A DNA stretch of 64,000 nt, taken from IMG/VR virus record IMGVR_UViG_3300025785_001261, positions 22,318 through 86,317 of that record; one strand, given 5' to 3'. Shown here piece after piece: positions 42,101 through 48,918 of the stretch. How positions within the stretch are numbered: the first letter of the stretch is position 1; each line of letters opens with the position of its first letter. The notes beneath the pieces were generated by a model. The model made no database searches, was not told the DNA's origin, and saw nothing but the letters and a program-made list of their open reading frames with translations. The position numbers were made by a program, and so were the translations under genes. The stretch comes from a virus.

Positions 42101-45085
42101 CAATGTAAAATATTGGCTATTGCCGTTGAATGGATTGTTTTCAAGATTAACCGGTACCTGATAAAATCCTACACTACTGGTTTGATCACTTAGGACCTGT
42201 ACTTCAATCAAGTCACCTGGCACATAAGTGGTCAGCAAGGTAATGGTTGTGGTCGTAGCAGTTGTAGTTACAGTGTAATTGTAGCTTTCTTGGAACGTGG
42301 CATTGACAAATATCTGCACAGCCGGCACCACGGTATTGGTGTTGACTGCTATGTCCAACTGCAAAGGAGAACCATCGTAGGTAAACTGGAACTGCTGGCG
42401 TATCTGACTCTGTGTCACTGCTGGTTGCCAACCAATGTCCTTTTTGAAGGTCACACGATTTGAGTATTCGTAAACAAATCCTGTGCTGATGTTGGTAGTG
42501 TATCCTACATTGTCAATGGTGTAGTTGAAGGTGTCGTTGTAAAGATTGTTCTCAAACTTGATGTCACCTATGTTGGTCAGATTGAGATAGACCAATGGAA
42601 ATCCTAAAACAGCATCCGTAGCACCATTGCCGATGGCATAGCTGAAAAGTGGACTGCCGGTAAAGGTCGAGCTGGGATAAATGTCTTGATTTCCAAAACT
42701 GTATCCATTGGTGTCGTACACATCAAACTTTGGTGGCTGATTTACACTGGTTTTTTGTTGGCACTTGACCCACTCAGTTCCATCATATCTAAAACTGATG
42801 CCCTGCAGTGTGGATCCATCTATACATACAGTATTTTGATCGGGCAAGGCCGAAGCAACGGCTGTTAGATTGATAACTGGTTCGGCAATCAAGGGCGGCA
42901 CAGTGTCGGGTGTTATAAACTGCACTTGATAAATGTTGTTGCGTACAAGTGGATCTAGATCACCGGCAAAGATAATTGTGCTGCCATTGAGCAGGGTATA
43001 ACCGTCGGTGCTGAAGCCAATGGATCCATTCACAGTGTGCAGAGCATCGGTCTGATCAAAATTAATAATGTTCACTGGTGGCAGAGCATCGGTGCCAAAA
43101 TCATACAGTCGTAACCCTCCACGGAATTCCAGGATAGGTCTACGTGCGATGAATTCGTTGTCGTAAACAGGAACAGTATTGTTGTACTTGGCAGATGCAT
43201 TGATGACATCAATGTGGAACCAACGATTGCTACGACTCCAGGGATTCTGATTCATCGCCGAGCGATTGATAGTGATATAGTCAGGAACCAAGGGTGCGTT
43301 CAATGTACCATCAAATGGTGACTGATCAAACAGCAAACTAGAAAATGGGGTGGTGGCGTTTTTGGTATAGGTCTCAGGAGTTATAAAATCTCTTGTCAGC
43401 GACAGGGTGATTGCTGTGCCAACTCCTTCTACAAAATAACTGTTGCCTTCGTAACTGGCAGGATAAGTCGGACTGTTGAAAGTGACTATCATGCCGTTGG
43501 TAAAAGCCACACCGTTGGGACTGGTATAAGATTTACTACCAAGTATGCGATCAATATCCAGTGTCGACGTGTTTTGGTCTACTAGAGTTATTGTGCCAAA
43601 TATGGTAGGATCTGTGCTGTCCTGATAATACAGGATATCCTGTGTGGCCGTCAGCAAAGGCATTTGCTCAAATACACTGTCGGCATTCTTATACCAGTTG
43701 GTATTGGCGTACTGGGTACCAAACAATATGGTGCATTTTGTAAGATTGTCAACAGTGAACGCCAGAGTCAAATTAATAACACCATCTACATAGTTGATTC
43801 GCCAGACATTGTACAGAGCTGGGTCCACATTATTACTACCAGCGAATATCAAGGTACGTGTGTCAAGATTGGTAATGCCGTCGATGCCTGCAGGGTTGGC
43901 CAACATGAAATCAGCCACAGTCTGTCCATTGACAGAGTCAAAGGGCAAGGTAGTGACCAAATCAACCGTACCCAGAGATTGGTTAGCGACAGGGCCAATG
44001 ACTGGCATGTTATAAAAGAAATTCTGTGCGGTATTTGCTGGTGTATTAAAAGTGACCGTGCCCAGGTCGGTGCCATTATTGACTACACCCAGCACATCTC
44101 TGCTGCTGATGTTAGGAGTGGCAGGAATGAGTCCATTCACTCCTGGAGCTGTTTGTATCCAAAATTGAGAACCTGTACCAGGAGTGGCATCAATAATGTT
44201 GAATGTGCCTTGTAGATTAAATTCTACATCGTTGCAATAGTACAGAGTATCAGGGGCATCTTGCGGAACCGTAAACGTGACAAGACCAGTGGTAGCACCG
44301 TTATTGTTGACTCCTGAGTTGTAGACATTTACAGTACCAAGACTCACTTGGGTCTTGATGTAAAATGCCAGTGGCGCCGACTGTGTGAGATTAAATGTGT
44401 AGGTGTTGCCACGTGTCAGGGTCAGACTAGGATTGGCTTCATAGTCAATATTCCAGTTGGCAGTTCCGTTGTTGGTCACACGATATTGTACAGCAGCCTG
44501 CTCATTCTGAGCCACCACAAAGTTATAACTGCCGCCGCGGGCCAAGGTTATGTTGGGATTATTGCCGGCGACGCCTGAAAATGTGTAATAGCCGTTGTTG
44601 CGTGTTACAGTAAAATCTTCTAATGTAGCAACTCCCCCATTGGTCACCGAAACCGGTAAGGGTCCAAATGGCAACCAGTAGTACTGGGCATAATTTATGT
44701 ACTTGTCAAAATCAACAAAGGGATCCCAGGCATAGTAGTCACTCTTGTATAGGTTGCTGGGATTGGCCACATCAGCTCCTTGGACTGCCAAGGCATCATT
44801 GATACCAGGATAGGTTATTGCATCAACTACCTGATGTGTGTTGGCCGGATTGACCTGTACCACACCCGGTTCCAGCTGATAGTTGCGACGGGTGGCTGTA
44901 GGTTCGGTCACATAACCGTCGTTGGCATTGACTCCGGGTCCTACACGTTGACCGATGAAACCTTGACTCTTTTTGAATGCCGGTTCTTGTATCAGCTGAT
45001 CAAGTGTGGCCGCCAAAAATTGTTCATTGACCGGCGTTTGGAATATTTCAGGAAGAAAATCTACCGAGCGTACATTGGCGGCCAT
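30179..45085 (-). CDS. Giant 4968-aa virion structural protein (baseplate wedge/fibre scaffold)
   Basis: Uninterrupted 14.9 kb ORF directly after the gp6-like gene; FG-GAP repeats, CBM5/12-like motifs, repeated V.VNG beta modules. Confidence 0.85.
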   Translation of the reverse strand: MAANVRSVDFLPEIFQTPVNEQFLAATLDQLIQEPAFKKSQGFIGQRVGPGVNANDGYVTEPTATRRNYQLEPGVVQVNPANTHQVVDAITYPGINDALAVQGADVANPSNLYKSDYYAWDPFVDFDKYINYAQYYWLPFGPLPVSVTNGGVATLEDFTVTRNNGYYTFSGVAGNNPNITLARGGSYNFVVAQNEQAAVQYRVTNNGTANWNIDYEANPSLTLTRGNTYTFNLTQSAPLAFYIKTQVSLGTVNVYNSGVNNNGATTGLVTFTVPQDAPDTLYYCNDVEFNLQGTFNIIDATPGTGSQFWIQTAPGVNGLIPATPNISSRDVLGVVNNGTDLGTVTFNTPANTAQNFFYNMPVIGPVANQSLGTVDLVTTLPFDSVNGQTVADFMLANPAGIDGITNLDTRTLIFAGSNNVDPALYNVWRINYVDGVINLTLAFTVDNLTKCTILFGTQYANTNWYKNADSVFEQMPLLTATQDILYYQDSTDPTIFGTITLVDQNTSTLDIDRILGSKSYTSPNGVAFTNGMIVTFNSPTYPASYEGNSYFVEGVGTAITLSLTRDFITPETYTKNATTPFSSLLFDQSPFDGTLNAPLVPDYITINRSAMNQNPWSRSNRWFHIDVINASAKYNNTVPVYDNEFIARRPILEFRGGLRLYDFGTDALPPVNIINFDQTDALHTVNGSIGFSTDGYTLLNGSTIIFAGDLDPLVRNNIYQVQFITPDTVPPLIAEPVINLTAVASALPDQNTVCIDGSTLQGISFRYDGTEWVKCQQKTSVNQPPKFDVYDTNGYSFGNQDIYPSSTFTGSPLFSYAIGNGATDAVLGFPLVYLNLTNIGDIKFENNLYNDTFNYTIDNVGYTTNISTGFVYEYSNRVTFKKDIGWQPAVTQSQIRQQFQFTYDGSPLQLDIAVNTNTVVPAVQIFVNATFQESYNYTVTTTATTTTITLLTTYVPGDLIEVQVLSDQTSSVGFYQVPVNLENNPFNGNSQYFTLGTARNHYSTIAENLIGLEGPVIGPNNTRDLGNIIPYGLQILQQSAPLTLAGYFLRNEQFNIFESLDYNSREYIKFKSQLLNTVITNDWGNQTVPEILDSAMLLMNAGDTKLSPFYWSDMLPSGKVYASNTYTVTAITTNQFNTVQTYNFTESNYLGLLVYLNGRLLTRNYDYVVGTDTPTLTVLIPLNVGDTVTINEYNDTTGNYVPNTPTKLGLYPKFRPELYLDSDYINPTFVIQGHDGSTTVAFGDIRDQVLLEFETRIYDNLKNDGNPVPLTAEDVIPGYFRTTDYSNTTITQILGEDFLSWVGYNKLDYTAQDYLANNPFTYNYTGDGIRLVNGQISNINETALTQGAWRGIYRYFYDTFTPNLTPWEMLGFSEQPVWWTDRYGPVPYTSDNLVLWGDLEVGYVADPVAPYVDPRYVRPGLTNVIPVDEQGQLLPPLESVVGVYDPNNFKRSWKVGDGGPVEASWWMSSSYPFAIMRLLALTRPAEFFSLFADRDLYRYNTELEQYLYNGRYRLDGSGLQIYGNGVSKASFINWIVDFNQQRGLNSTNILSTDLANLDVRLCYRMAAWTADNYLKIALEKSSPESQNQSLYIPPESYNLLVYKDQPYGRITYSSVIVETVAGGYAVYGYSGYDPYFPIQVSLPNGILQTISAGGATVSVPAQYSNSVAYIPYGYVFSNATMVVDFLLSYGQYLSNQGFTFTQIENGLIINWNQMAQEFLYYAEQGWSEGTIINLNPSATRLTVYQVGSVVDDIISYSLANQLLDQNRQTFATRDLVIQRSGDTFTIQPAPSTSQTISFLDLKFTDYENMIVFDNVDIFNDLIYDPITAARQNRLYLEAFNSTQWDGTLNAKGFILNYNNVEPWSSTQRYTKGEIVRYKNNYWQAAGLVQPKTQFDYNDWYKSNYAMIDQGLLPNLANKADQLANTYSTQTANLNSDNDLLAYNLIGFQPRQYMVDLELDDVSQINLYQQFIKTKGSLRAAELLTRVNLGKETGQYNIYEEWGILVGTYGANYNRSYFEILLNEADLTSNPSTVQIIYPGETSQADQTVQLGNLWSSSYNINSTNILPTITSPVSNTALPSAGYVNLDDVDITVFSLDDPSNIASQINTIGTGTSIWVAKDNSYNWNVYRCTQVAGQILQITDNLNGTSLVTLSQTTGLAVGDLIIMRYFATGIDGVYRVLSTPSLNTVVIAYSFTSTSQTTIYSSGNGLVWRLQTQRVAQASDVASLPYSKELFSGARAWVDNNGNGQWEVLEKTAPFTQNSILQPNSLVEQANFGTSVTQSFNSGTLMIGTPGIGTGQVETFYRTSDGNYRTGVSLTINATNTLGFGQKVTYGNNTWAAVGAPASNGNKGYATVLYQDPATNEFRINQLITSPEYYLNNLQFGTAIALSYDERWLYIGGPGHNRVYAYTRVDQQAQSVEYVTDGVTVFYNWSDSIQVNYQAPAQLLVTLNNRALTYQVDYQVNSNSIQLITQLPPNQKLRITRRVAVNLTGNGTRVGFNLTGFLYTITDIDSFTVYVDGILQRPSIDYIYNTGNLEDLVTLDGEYINTDSMEQVVVNTPDTGLVFAVAPRAGASIDVITSTYWALVNTLETGSLGLADDAGFGSSLVTSTDGQTLIVGAKNDQTLDSNGNIVTHAGSSYVYDRSVIRYIVNDATQLVYTVPGMVSTPVQVTLNKTVLTNTANFLNGQYTVSGNNIILSSSVYLVLGDELEISTNQFQLVQKLSANNPASDSQFGYSLAMSSNNTTVYVGAPNASDTTTNSGEVQSLVDQSRRYGVIVSNIANPTLTAGDTIRINNIEIAVPASPDNTIAGLARAINPGPYLSTVQYHTGNRVIYQNLCYTALTTSTNKTPSNNPSFWKLSFSIPNVSASLTSDLTFVADGTTKIYDVGSIYSSTVFGPGGPTTKVYVAGVLQTYSTDYTYDNTAQQILFVTAPLGGKTILVVSGRLVLNVINPSATAYSQLTVLPGSNGTAFANLGFTSWIYTQTIYSPNPVNSGRFGHSLGVNAPASNLVVGSPNGNVYEIMPFDGGKTIFDKNSTSFSNLVTNSGVVYTFDLLESANPSATNPGQLVFGQQVYNTTLAQGDGFGTSVSFTEGQLIAGAPGADLGSANQTNYGTATVLDNLLGLPAWQVIHQQEPVVNVELINSVYSFDKLLSSTQTYYDFIDPLQGKILGVAQQNIDYIGAVDPASYNHGTVHNNGTTWAASHVGQIWWDTNLVRFINPNQNDITYASRQWGQTFPGSRVDIYQWIESSVPPANYSGPGTPLSTTSYSVGSALGLNGLFSTTYYYWVRNIPTVYTGKTLSTTAIASYIQYPINSGIAYIGALNSSAIALYNAVPNLVSANNTVLHVEYDQQAAGSQNNIHQEYALVADGRPHSFLDDTLYRKLQDSLCGEDTVGNPVPDPFLSPGQRYGVKFRPRQSMFSDRFAALENYLTRANSILAQYPISEIRSFNLLNSSEALPSSVTATATVCSISGNILTVGGDLTGEFVVGMTLTGDGIPPFVTINGYGDSGTYILNDSLYLTNVAVTGTNGYNQQVDSYEVLTYQNLYIVPLGYLFLVTSDSTQNGRWTVYEVALDATGLKRETNLIRIQNYDTPLYWNYIDWYLPGYNKATQPVAQVQNTGDLLSLSLSQAPVGSSVQVTNYNGGMWEIYLRTTAVGAISDWTRVGLQQGTIAFSETLWNYQLGKYGYDAQVFDAQYFDQEPVIETRKIIQAINQELFIDDLLIFRNQCLILLFNFVYSEFTAPDWLVKSSFIEVDHNLRALLPYQLYQKDNQIFVQDYLNEVKPYHVQTSAFNLIYDGLDTYGGELSDFDLPAYWNTDLVIPQFTSPVLTPYTLSGSLVESTISDEASNAAVWSQWPWSDWFNNYTLNIDSVEIVNGGSGYTVPPVVVVTGNCTQQATMAAVINSAGQVVAINVLTPGSGYVTTATISLTGGNGSGAQAVAVMSNSLVRSFKTTIKYDRYQYASTIHEWQAGVTYNAGDRVRYLDAVWSANTTLNESYFDPAFWSLVPASQLSGVDRTMGFYVPGVNMPGLSLPLLINGVSYPGVQVTGPTYNQNTGFDVGNYNINPFDNISYDASGQPTYDPSILDARYSSSYLDLYLGTRPTDINVDGGGYIDTFSSYAPEELVPGSEFDTLDMRVYTTPGADWQQRGHGFLEVLEKFVYDPLTPTVSFAGMAPYPAQVRVSNQTQETDLVLGTGYTVDWPNQQITITGNATAGDTIVISVFEVGGGNQLYRNNYNGANLPTHTVDTTVYSYAILPVEYYQQGSTNPNIQELVVFINGVLSTNYVYSAYGVNETEVVFLEQLTAADFVCLYVLAPTTINGVTTNYSWSTPQTQIITATGATSYVLDNNLDYSNPSNLIVSVNGARARMASGVNYVGDGAISSFLLPTRSGVDPSTISSSAVSVYVNNLPVATTQWSLSPLGPIAVNGANGNGSVARLTFAAQAVPPYLPGEQITVTGLTGTGSGYNGTFTVISCTVTSVFFGNTSTGAYVSGGSIVGATKYVTFNTVPAAGTAIQIYASANPQAIVSDGVLTFVAGAGLVPPAGSTIAVTSWNDTRQQGLLTQLFSGPVVAGITVSEGLDETPFDPNYIQSVQYSSDPGPFEAGSLKANYLYQIYITGNTDWTLCGAANNNPGTIFQALGPGSGTGLAYAVDLVRSNDTDAYNNSSGSYDFTTGETVQVNDIDLGTIITDPDRLWVYFNGRRLFNGSGFTLDGTKLNLNTGVMGPTDQVIVTQFTNFVVPEAMEFRIFQDMRGVQATYRMTPDTTSTTTQAVTKTDDVIHVANAAALSAPDLAADIWGVVTIDAERIMYRYRDTTANTISGLLRGTAGTANAPHVAGAIVYSMGPSQLLYAQYQNHVVSNTILSNGTQTVFVAENINVSDLTTTQQPEAVQVYVGGLYVQTGYTLTSADPATVTFDTAPPAGVDVTILVQRGSTWYAPGDGTASNGQPLQDTETAPARFLRGL

Positions 45086-48000
45086 TAAATTACTCCACTA
45101 CCAGGTTGTGTTTGTAGATTGGTACTGGTTAGAGCGGTAATAACTTCAACATCGTTGACTGTGGCTCCGTTGACAAATATCTGATTGGGCGCACAACGGA
45201 TTTCATACAGATCACCAAAGCTCTTCTGTGGATTCAATGGCACCAGAACCACGCTGCTGACCACATCGCCAATGTTTTGATGTATGTAGGCGGCCAGTTC
45301 TGAAAAATAGAATGTCTGACCAAAGTCCCAATTCTGTAGATCAAAATAGGCACTCATGTTGGCCACCACTAAATTTTTAATTGTGCTGACACTGGCAGTG
45401 CTTTGCGCAGATTGTATTACCTTGACTGTGGCTCTGAGAGAATCCACTGCCTTGCTACCAAACAATGGTTGGAAATCCACACTGTTGAGAATCATGTTGT
45501 CGCTGATCATCTTGTAGCTTTGTAGACCCGAATAGGCTGTGGTCAGCTCATTGATGGTAGGTGGTGTTGGGTTGACCACTGTACCGGTAGTGTCCTGTAT
45601 CCAGTTGGTATAGGCAGTGTAGTAATCATTGGTCACAACATAGAGGTCGATGATATTGGTAGATCCAGGATCAATTCTGCTGGTCAAGGGGCTGTTGTGG
45701 CGGTACTGGAAATACAGTCCTTGGCGACCGGTCAGTGCCAAATAAGTGTCGGTTGGAGTCAACGTGTAGTTGCCTGAACTGTCTAGAGTCAGGATATAAA
45801 ACACCTGGTCCTGGTAAGCATAAAATACCTGGCCTGTGGTGTACTGACTTAGATTCAACTGTATGGCCACTATGGTAGCATAGTCGCTGTTGACTATGCC
45901 AGGATTCAGCATGAGATATCGTTGTAAATTATCAAAGTCCACTGTGGCCTGGAAGAACACCAGTTTGTGATTGGAGTCAACATTGGGTGCTACAATGTCA
46001 TTGAAAAAATCTGGATTAGATGGAATTGAATCACCATAGCCGTAGCTGAAACTGACTTCAACCTGGAAGTCATCTGTTAGTCCATCACTCAGCACAGGTT
46101 GGTCAATGATGTTCATTACCTTGTCGCCATTGAGCGGTAGATTGCTGTCTGGTTGACTGTTTACCTTCAAGACATTGACATAGTCTCTGATGACTGTTCC
46201 GGTCCGGCTATCGTAAATTGGGTCGCCTGTGTAAAAGAAAAATCTGGTTTCGGCCACGCTGCCAAAGTAGTAATTGAGAGATCGGCTCTGCACAGTATAG
46301 TTGGTGCCATTGGTGGTACACTGTATCAACCAGCTTGCATCCAGCCCTTGTCCAGATGTATTCTGGGCGTATTGTGTGCTGTAGTCAGCTCCCACTGCCA
46401 GATTCTGCTGGGTAATCAAGTACCAGGTGGCTGTCAAGTTATCGTAGCCCAATCCAAAATTTTGACTAAGATAGATCTGATTTACAATGGTTTGCTCCAG
46501 TGTGCTTCCTAGATCTGTTTCAAACACCGGAATAACCAACAAAGGAATAGCACCAGTTGGCACAAAGGTATTCAACACCACGGGTCCAATGCCTGAAGGC
46601 AAGTTACCCAGGCCTTGGGCTGTTCCGCTAAGATACACTGCTGTTGGGCTGGCCCATATGGTCAGCTTTTCGTCGGCCCCGGTGGGACTTCCTACCTGCA
46701 GTTTGTTTTCTTTGTCAAAATAGTAGCCGGGTGGAGCTCCAAACTGTACCAGACTGCCTTGTGTAATAAAACGAGCATTATTGCTGGCAAATGATCCAAC
46801 GGCCACAGGATTGCCTAGACTATTTTGGAAATAGCCAGTGGTCTCATTGGTTATGACTGTGCTCTGATGCCAGGTCAAACTCAGTGCAGACAGGTTGGGT
46901 CTGTTGAAGTTAGCATAATAGAATTGTTGCAGTCCGGCACGAGCCAACAAGGGATTGATCTGATTGTATACCACATCAGAAATGTTGTTGGTGGTAGTGT
47001 AGTTAAATTTGAAAGTAGGGCGAGTATTGCTTTCGTATAGGGCACCATCGCTAGCAAAAATACTGGTGCTGGAATACTTGCCAGTACCGTCCACTAGATC
47101 AAGATAGCGGCTGGTTCCAATACTGGCGCGATTTACCGCTGTGCTTTTTAAAATGCTATTGTACTGAGTAAACGGAAAGTTTGAATAGTCTTCGCCGTTG
47201 ACCATGCGATTTTGCGTGTAGTACTGAGCAGGTGCACGCTGTTTGATTTCGGCAATGGTTTCTCTGGCCTGGGCATTGGTCACAGGTTGCGTGATTCCAC
47301 AAACAAAGGTGATGGTTTCGATGTTGCCTGTTCTACTGACATAGCTGATGGGAATGCTCACACTCTGCATCTCAGCAGGATTGATTATGTAGGTAAGGCC
47401 ATTTGATGCCCGCACATAGGTACGGAAGATGCCCACCGGAATTGAACTGAATATGCCGTCGCCAAAGTTCAAGGTAATTTGATCATTGGTTCGACTACCT
47501 ATGCTGTAGATATTTTGTGTGCCAGGGGCCAGTTGTTCGGTGGCTGCTGCATAAACATTTTGTACTGATTTCCAGTAACTGGTAATGTTGCCTGTATTGT
47601 CCAACTGATACAGCCACACATCGGTGTTGTTGATGCCTTCGATGTTGATGTCTACCGCACGATTGGTAATTCGCTCGGTCAAATTAAAATCTTGATTTTG
47701 CAAAATGCCCTGTTTGAACAGGAAGAAAAATCCAGTGTTGGCACTGGCAAAGCCCAGCTGATCATTACGGAACAAGATATTGAATTGTCCGTTGGGCAGA
47801 GGAGGAGGTTCATAAACATAATCCTCACCGGCCGCTGTGGCACTGACCGCTTCAAATGGCATGTTGACACCGTTGATGTTGGAAGTGTAAGGTACCACTG
47901 GAATGTAGCCAGGTACCAAGTTTATGGTGTATTCTTGTGTGTCAACACCCAGGATTGTTTTGTCGGCTCCAGGACGACCAAAGCGTTGTGTGTTGACCAA

Positions 48001-48489
48001 GGTAGCGTTGATGATAGTATTGAACTGTTCCTGCCAGTCTAGATTGGTAGGGTCTGCCCAGTTCACTGTGATATTGGCTAGATTGATTCCGTTGTAGTCG
48101 GTAAGATTCTCAGTGGTTGTTACGCTGAATACCTTGAGATAACCCGATGCTTCGGTATTACGCAAGGGTGTATAACTGACCAAGTTGGCCAGTTTGACCA
48201 CACTGTCTCGGCGTTCTGCTGTGCTGAGATAGTTTTCTCTGTTGTTGAGATCGGAACGGAACGCAAGGCTTTGACCCATGAATGCCATGACATCCAAGAG
48301 TGCAATAAATTCAGAACTTTCAATGTAGTCATTGAATGTTTCAGGGTAGTATAGGCGCAAGTAGTCCACAAAAGTCTTGCGTAGAGTTTCAAAATCGTAG
48401 CTTTGGAAGTCAGCTTCTCTATAGGTCTGATAGATGCGTTTCCAGTCCTCGACTCCAAAAACGTAGGTTTGTCTTGTGGTTGTGGCCAT
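45085..48489 (-). CDS. gp6: Baseplate wedge subunit (T4 gp6-like)
   Basis: SYDFETLRK, ESSEFIALLD, ENYLSTAERRDSV.KLA..VSY, FGDG, ETIAEIKQRAP..YYTQNRMVNGEDY. Confidence 0.88.
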   Translation of the reverse strand: MATTTRQTYVFGVEDWKRIYQTYREADFQSYDFETLRKTFVDYLRLYYPETFNDYIESSEFIALLDVMAFMGQSLAFRSDLNNRENYLSTAERRDSVVKLANLVSYTPLRNTEASGYLKVFSVTTTENLTDYNGINLANITVNWADPTNLDWQEQFNTIINATLVNTQRFGRPGADKTILGVDTQEYTINLVPGYIPVVPYTSNINGVNMPFEAVSATAAGEDYVYEPPPLPNGQFNILFRNDQLGFASANTGFFFLFKQGILQNQDFNLTERITNRAVDINIEGINNTDVWLYQLDNTGNITSYWKSVQNVYAAATEQLAPGTQNIYSIGSRTNDQITLNFGDGIFSSIPVGIFRTYVRASNGLTYIINPAEMQSVSIPISYVSRTGNIETITFVCGITQPVTNAQARETIAEIKQRAPAQYYTQNRMVNGEDYSNFPFTQYNSILKSTAVNRASIGTSRYLDLVDGTGKYSSTSIFASDGALYESNTRPTFKFNYTTTNNISDVVYNQINPLLARAGLQQFYYANFNRPNLSALSLTWHQSTVITNETTGYFQNSLGNPVAVGSFASNNARFITQGSLVQFGAPPGYYFDKENKLQVGSPTGADEKLTIWASPTAVYLSGTAQGLGNLPSGIGPVVLNTFVPTGAIPLLVIPVFETDLGSTLEQTIVNQIYLSQNFGLGYDNLTATWYLITQQNLAVGADYSTQYAQNTSGQGLDASWLIQCTTNGTNYTVQSRSLNYYFGSVAETRFFFYTGDPIYDSRTGTVIRDYVNVLKVNSQPDSNLPLNGDKVMNIIDQPVLSDGLTDDFQVEVSFSYGYGDSIPSNPDFFNDIVAPNVDSNHKLVFFQATVDFDNLQRYLMLNPGIVNSDYATIVAIQLNLSQYTTGQVFYAYQDQVFYILTLDSSGNYTLTPTDTYLALTGRQGLYFQYRHNSPLTSRIDPGSTNIIDLYVVTNDYYTAYTNWIQDTTGTVVNPTPPTINELTTAYSGLQSYKMISDNMILNSVDFQPLFGSKAVDSLRATVKVIQSAQSTASVSTIKNLVVANMSAYFDLQNWDFGQTFYFSELAAYIHQNIGDVVSSVVLVPLNPQKSFGDLYEIRCAPNQIFVNGATVNDVEVITALTSTNLQTQPGSGVI

Positions 48490-48508
48490 GTGTTATTCCA
48501 ATTTGTAT

Positions 48509-48514
48509 TATTTA
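48509..48514 (-). promoter_or_regulatory. TAAATA late-promoter motif
   Basis: CATAAATA in the intergenic gap upstream of the gp6-like gene. Confidence 0.55.
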
Positions 48515-48535
48515 TGGATAAAATAAACTGGGTAG

Positions 48536-48910
48536 TTAAACGTAGCTGGCTGTGGCCTGCGATTGATCAAAAAACAATGCCAGCAGTTGTGCATCAGTGC
48601 TGTTGACTGTGGTCAATTCTAGCTGTATAAGAACACCATTTTCTTGCGGAAATATATTGGTTGATTTCAGATACACACGAGGATCACCGGATACCACACG
48701 TTGTACTTCGGCATAGATGGTCTGCATGGTTTCTTGAGTTTGATTCTCAAACAAATTGTCCCACAAGGTGGTTCCATAAGCAGGTCGACCTGGCAGTTGA
48801 CCTTGTCGTATGTTGAATGCGTTTAGAAGATCTATCTTGATCAAATTGAAATCCACCACTGTGAAGTGCTTGTTCTGATTGATAGTGTTAAATCCGATAA
48901 AGGTTGGCAT
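48536..48910 (-). CDS. gp25: Baseplate wedge subunit (gp25-like)
   Basis: LIKIDLLNAFNIRQG...P.YGT.LW..LFE...DPRV; TAAATA 5 nt upstream. Confidence 0.85.
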   Translation of the reverse strand: MPTFIGFNTINQNKHFTVVDFNLIKIDLLNAFNIRQGQLPGRPAYGTTLWDNLFENQTQETMQTIYAEVQRVVSGDPRVYLKSTNIFPQENGVLIQLELTTVNSTDAQLLALFFDQSQATASYV

Positions 48911-48918
48911 GATTGTAT

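Noticed and set aside
30450-48606. Many 60-210 aa alternative-frame and antisense ORFs inside structural genes
   Set aside because: Fully nested in long, motif-supported genes, with no recognisable motifs
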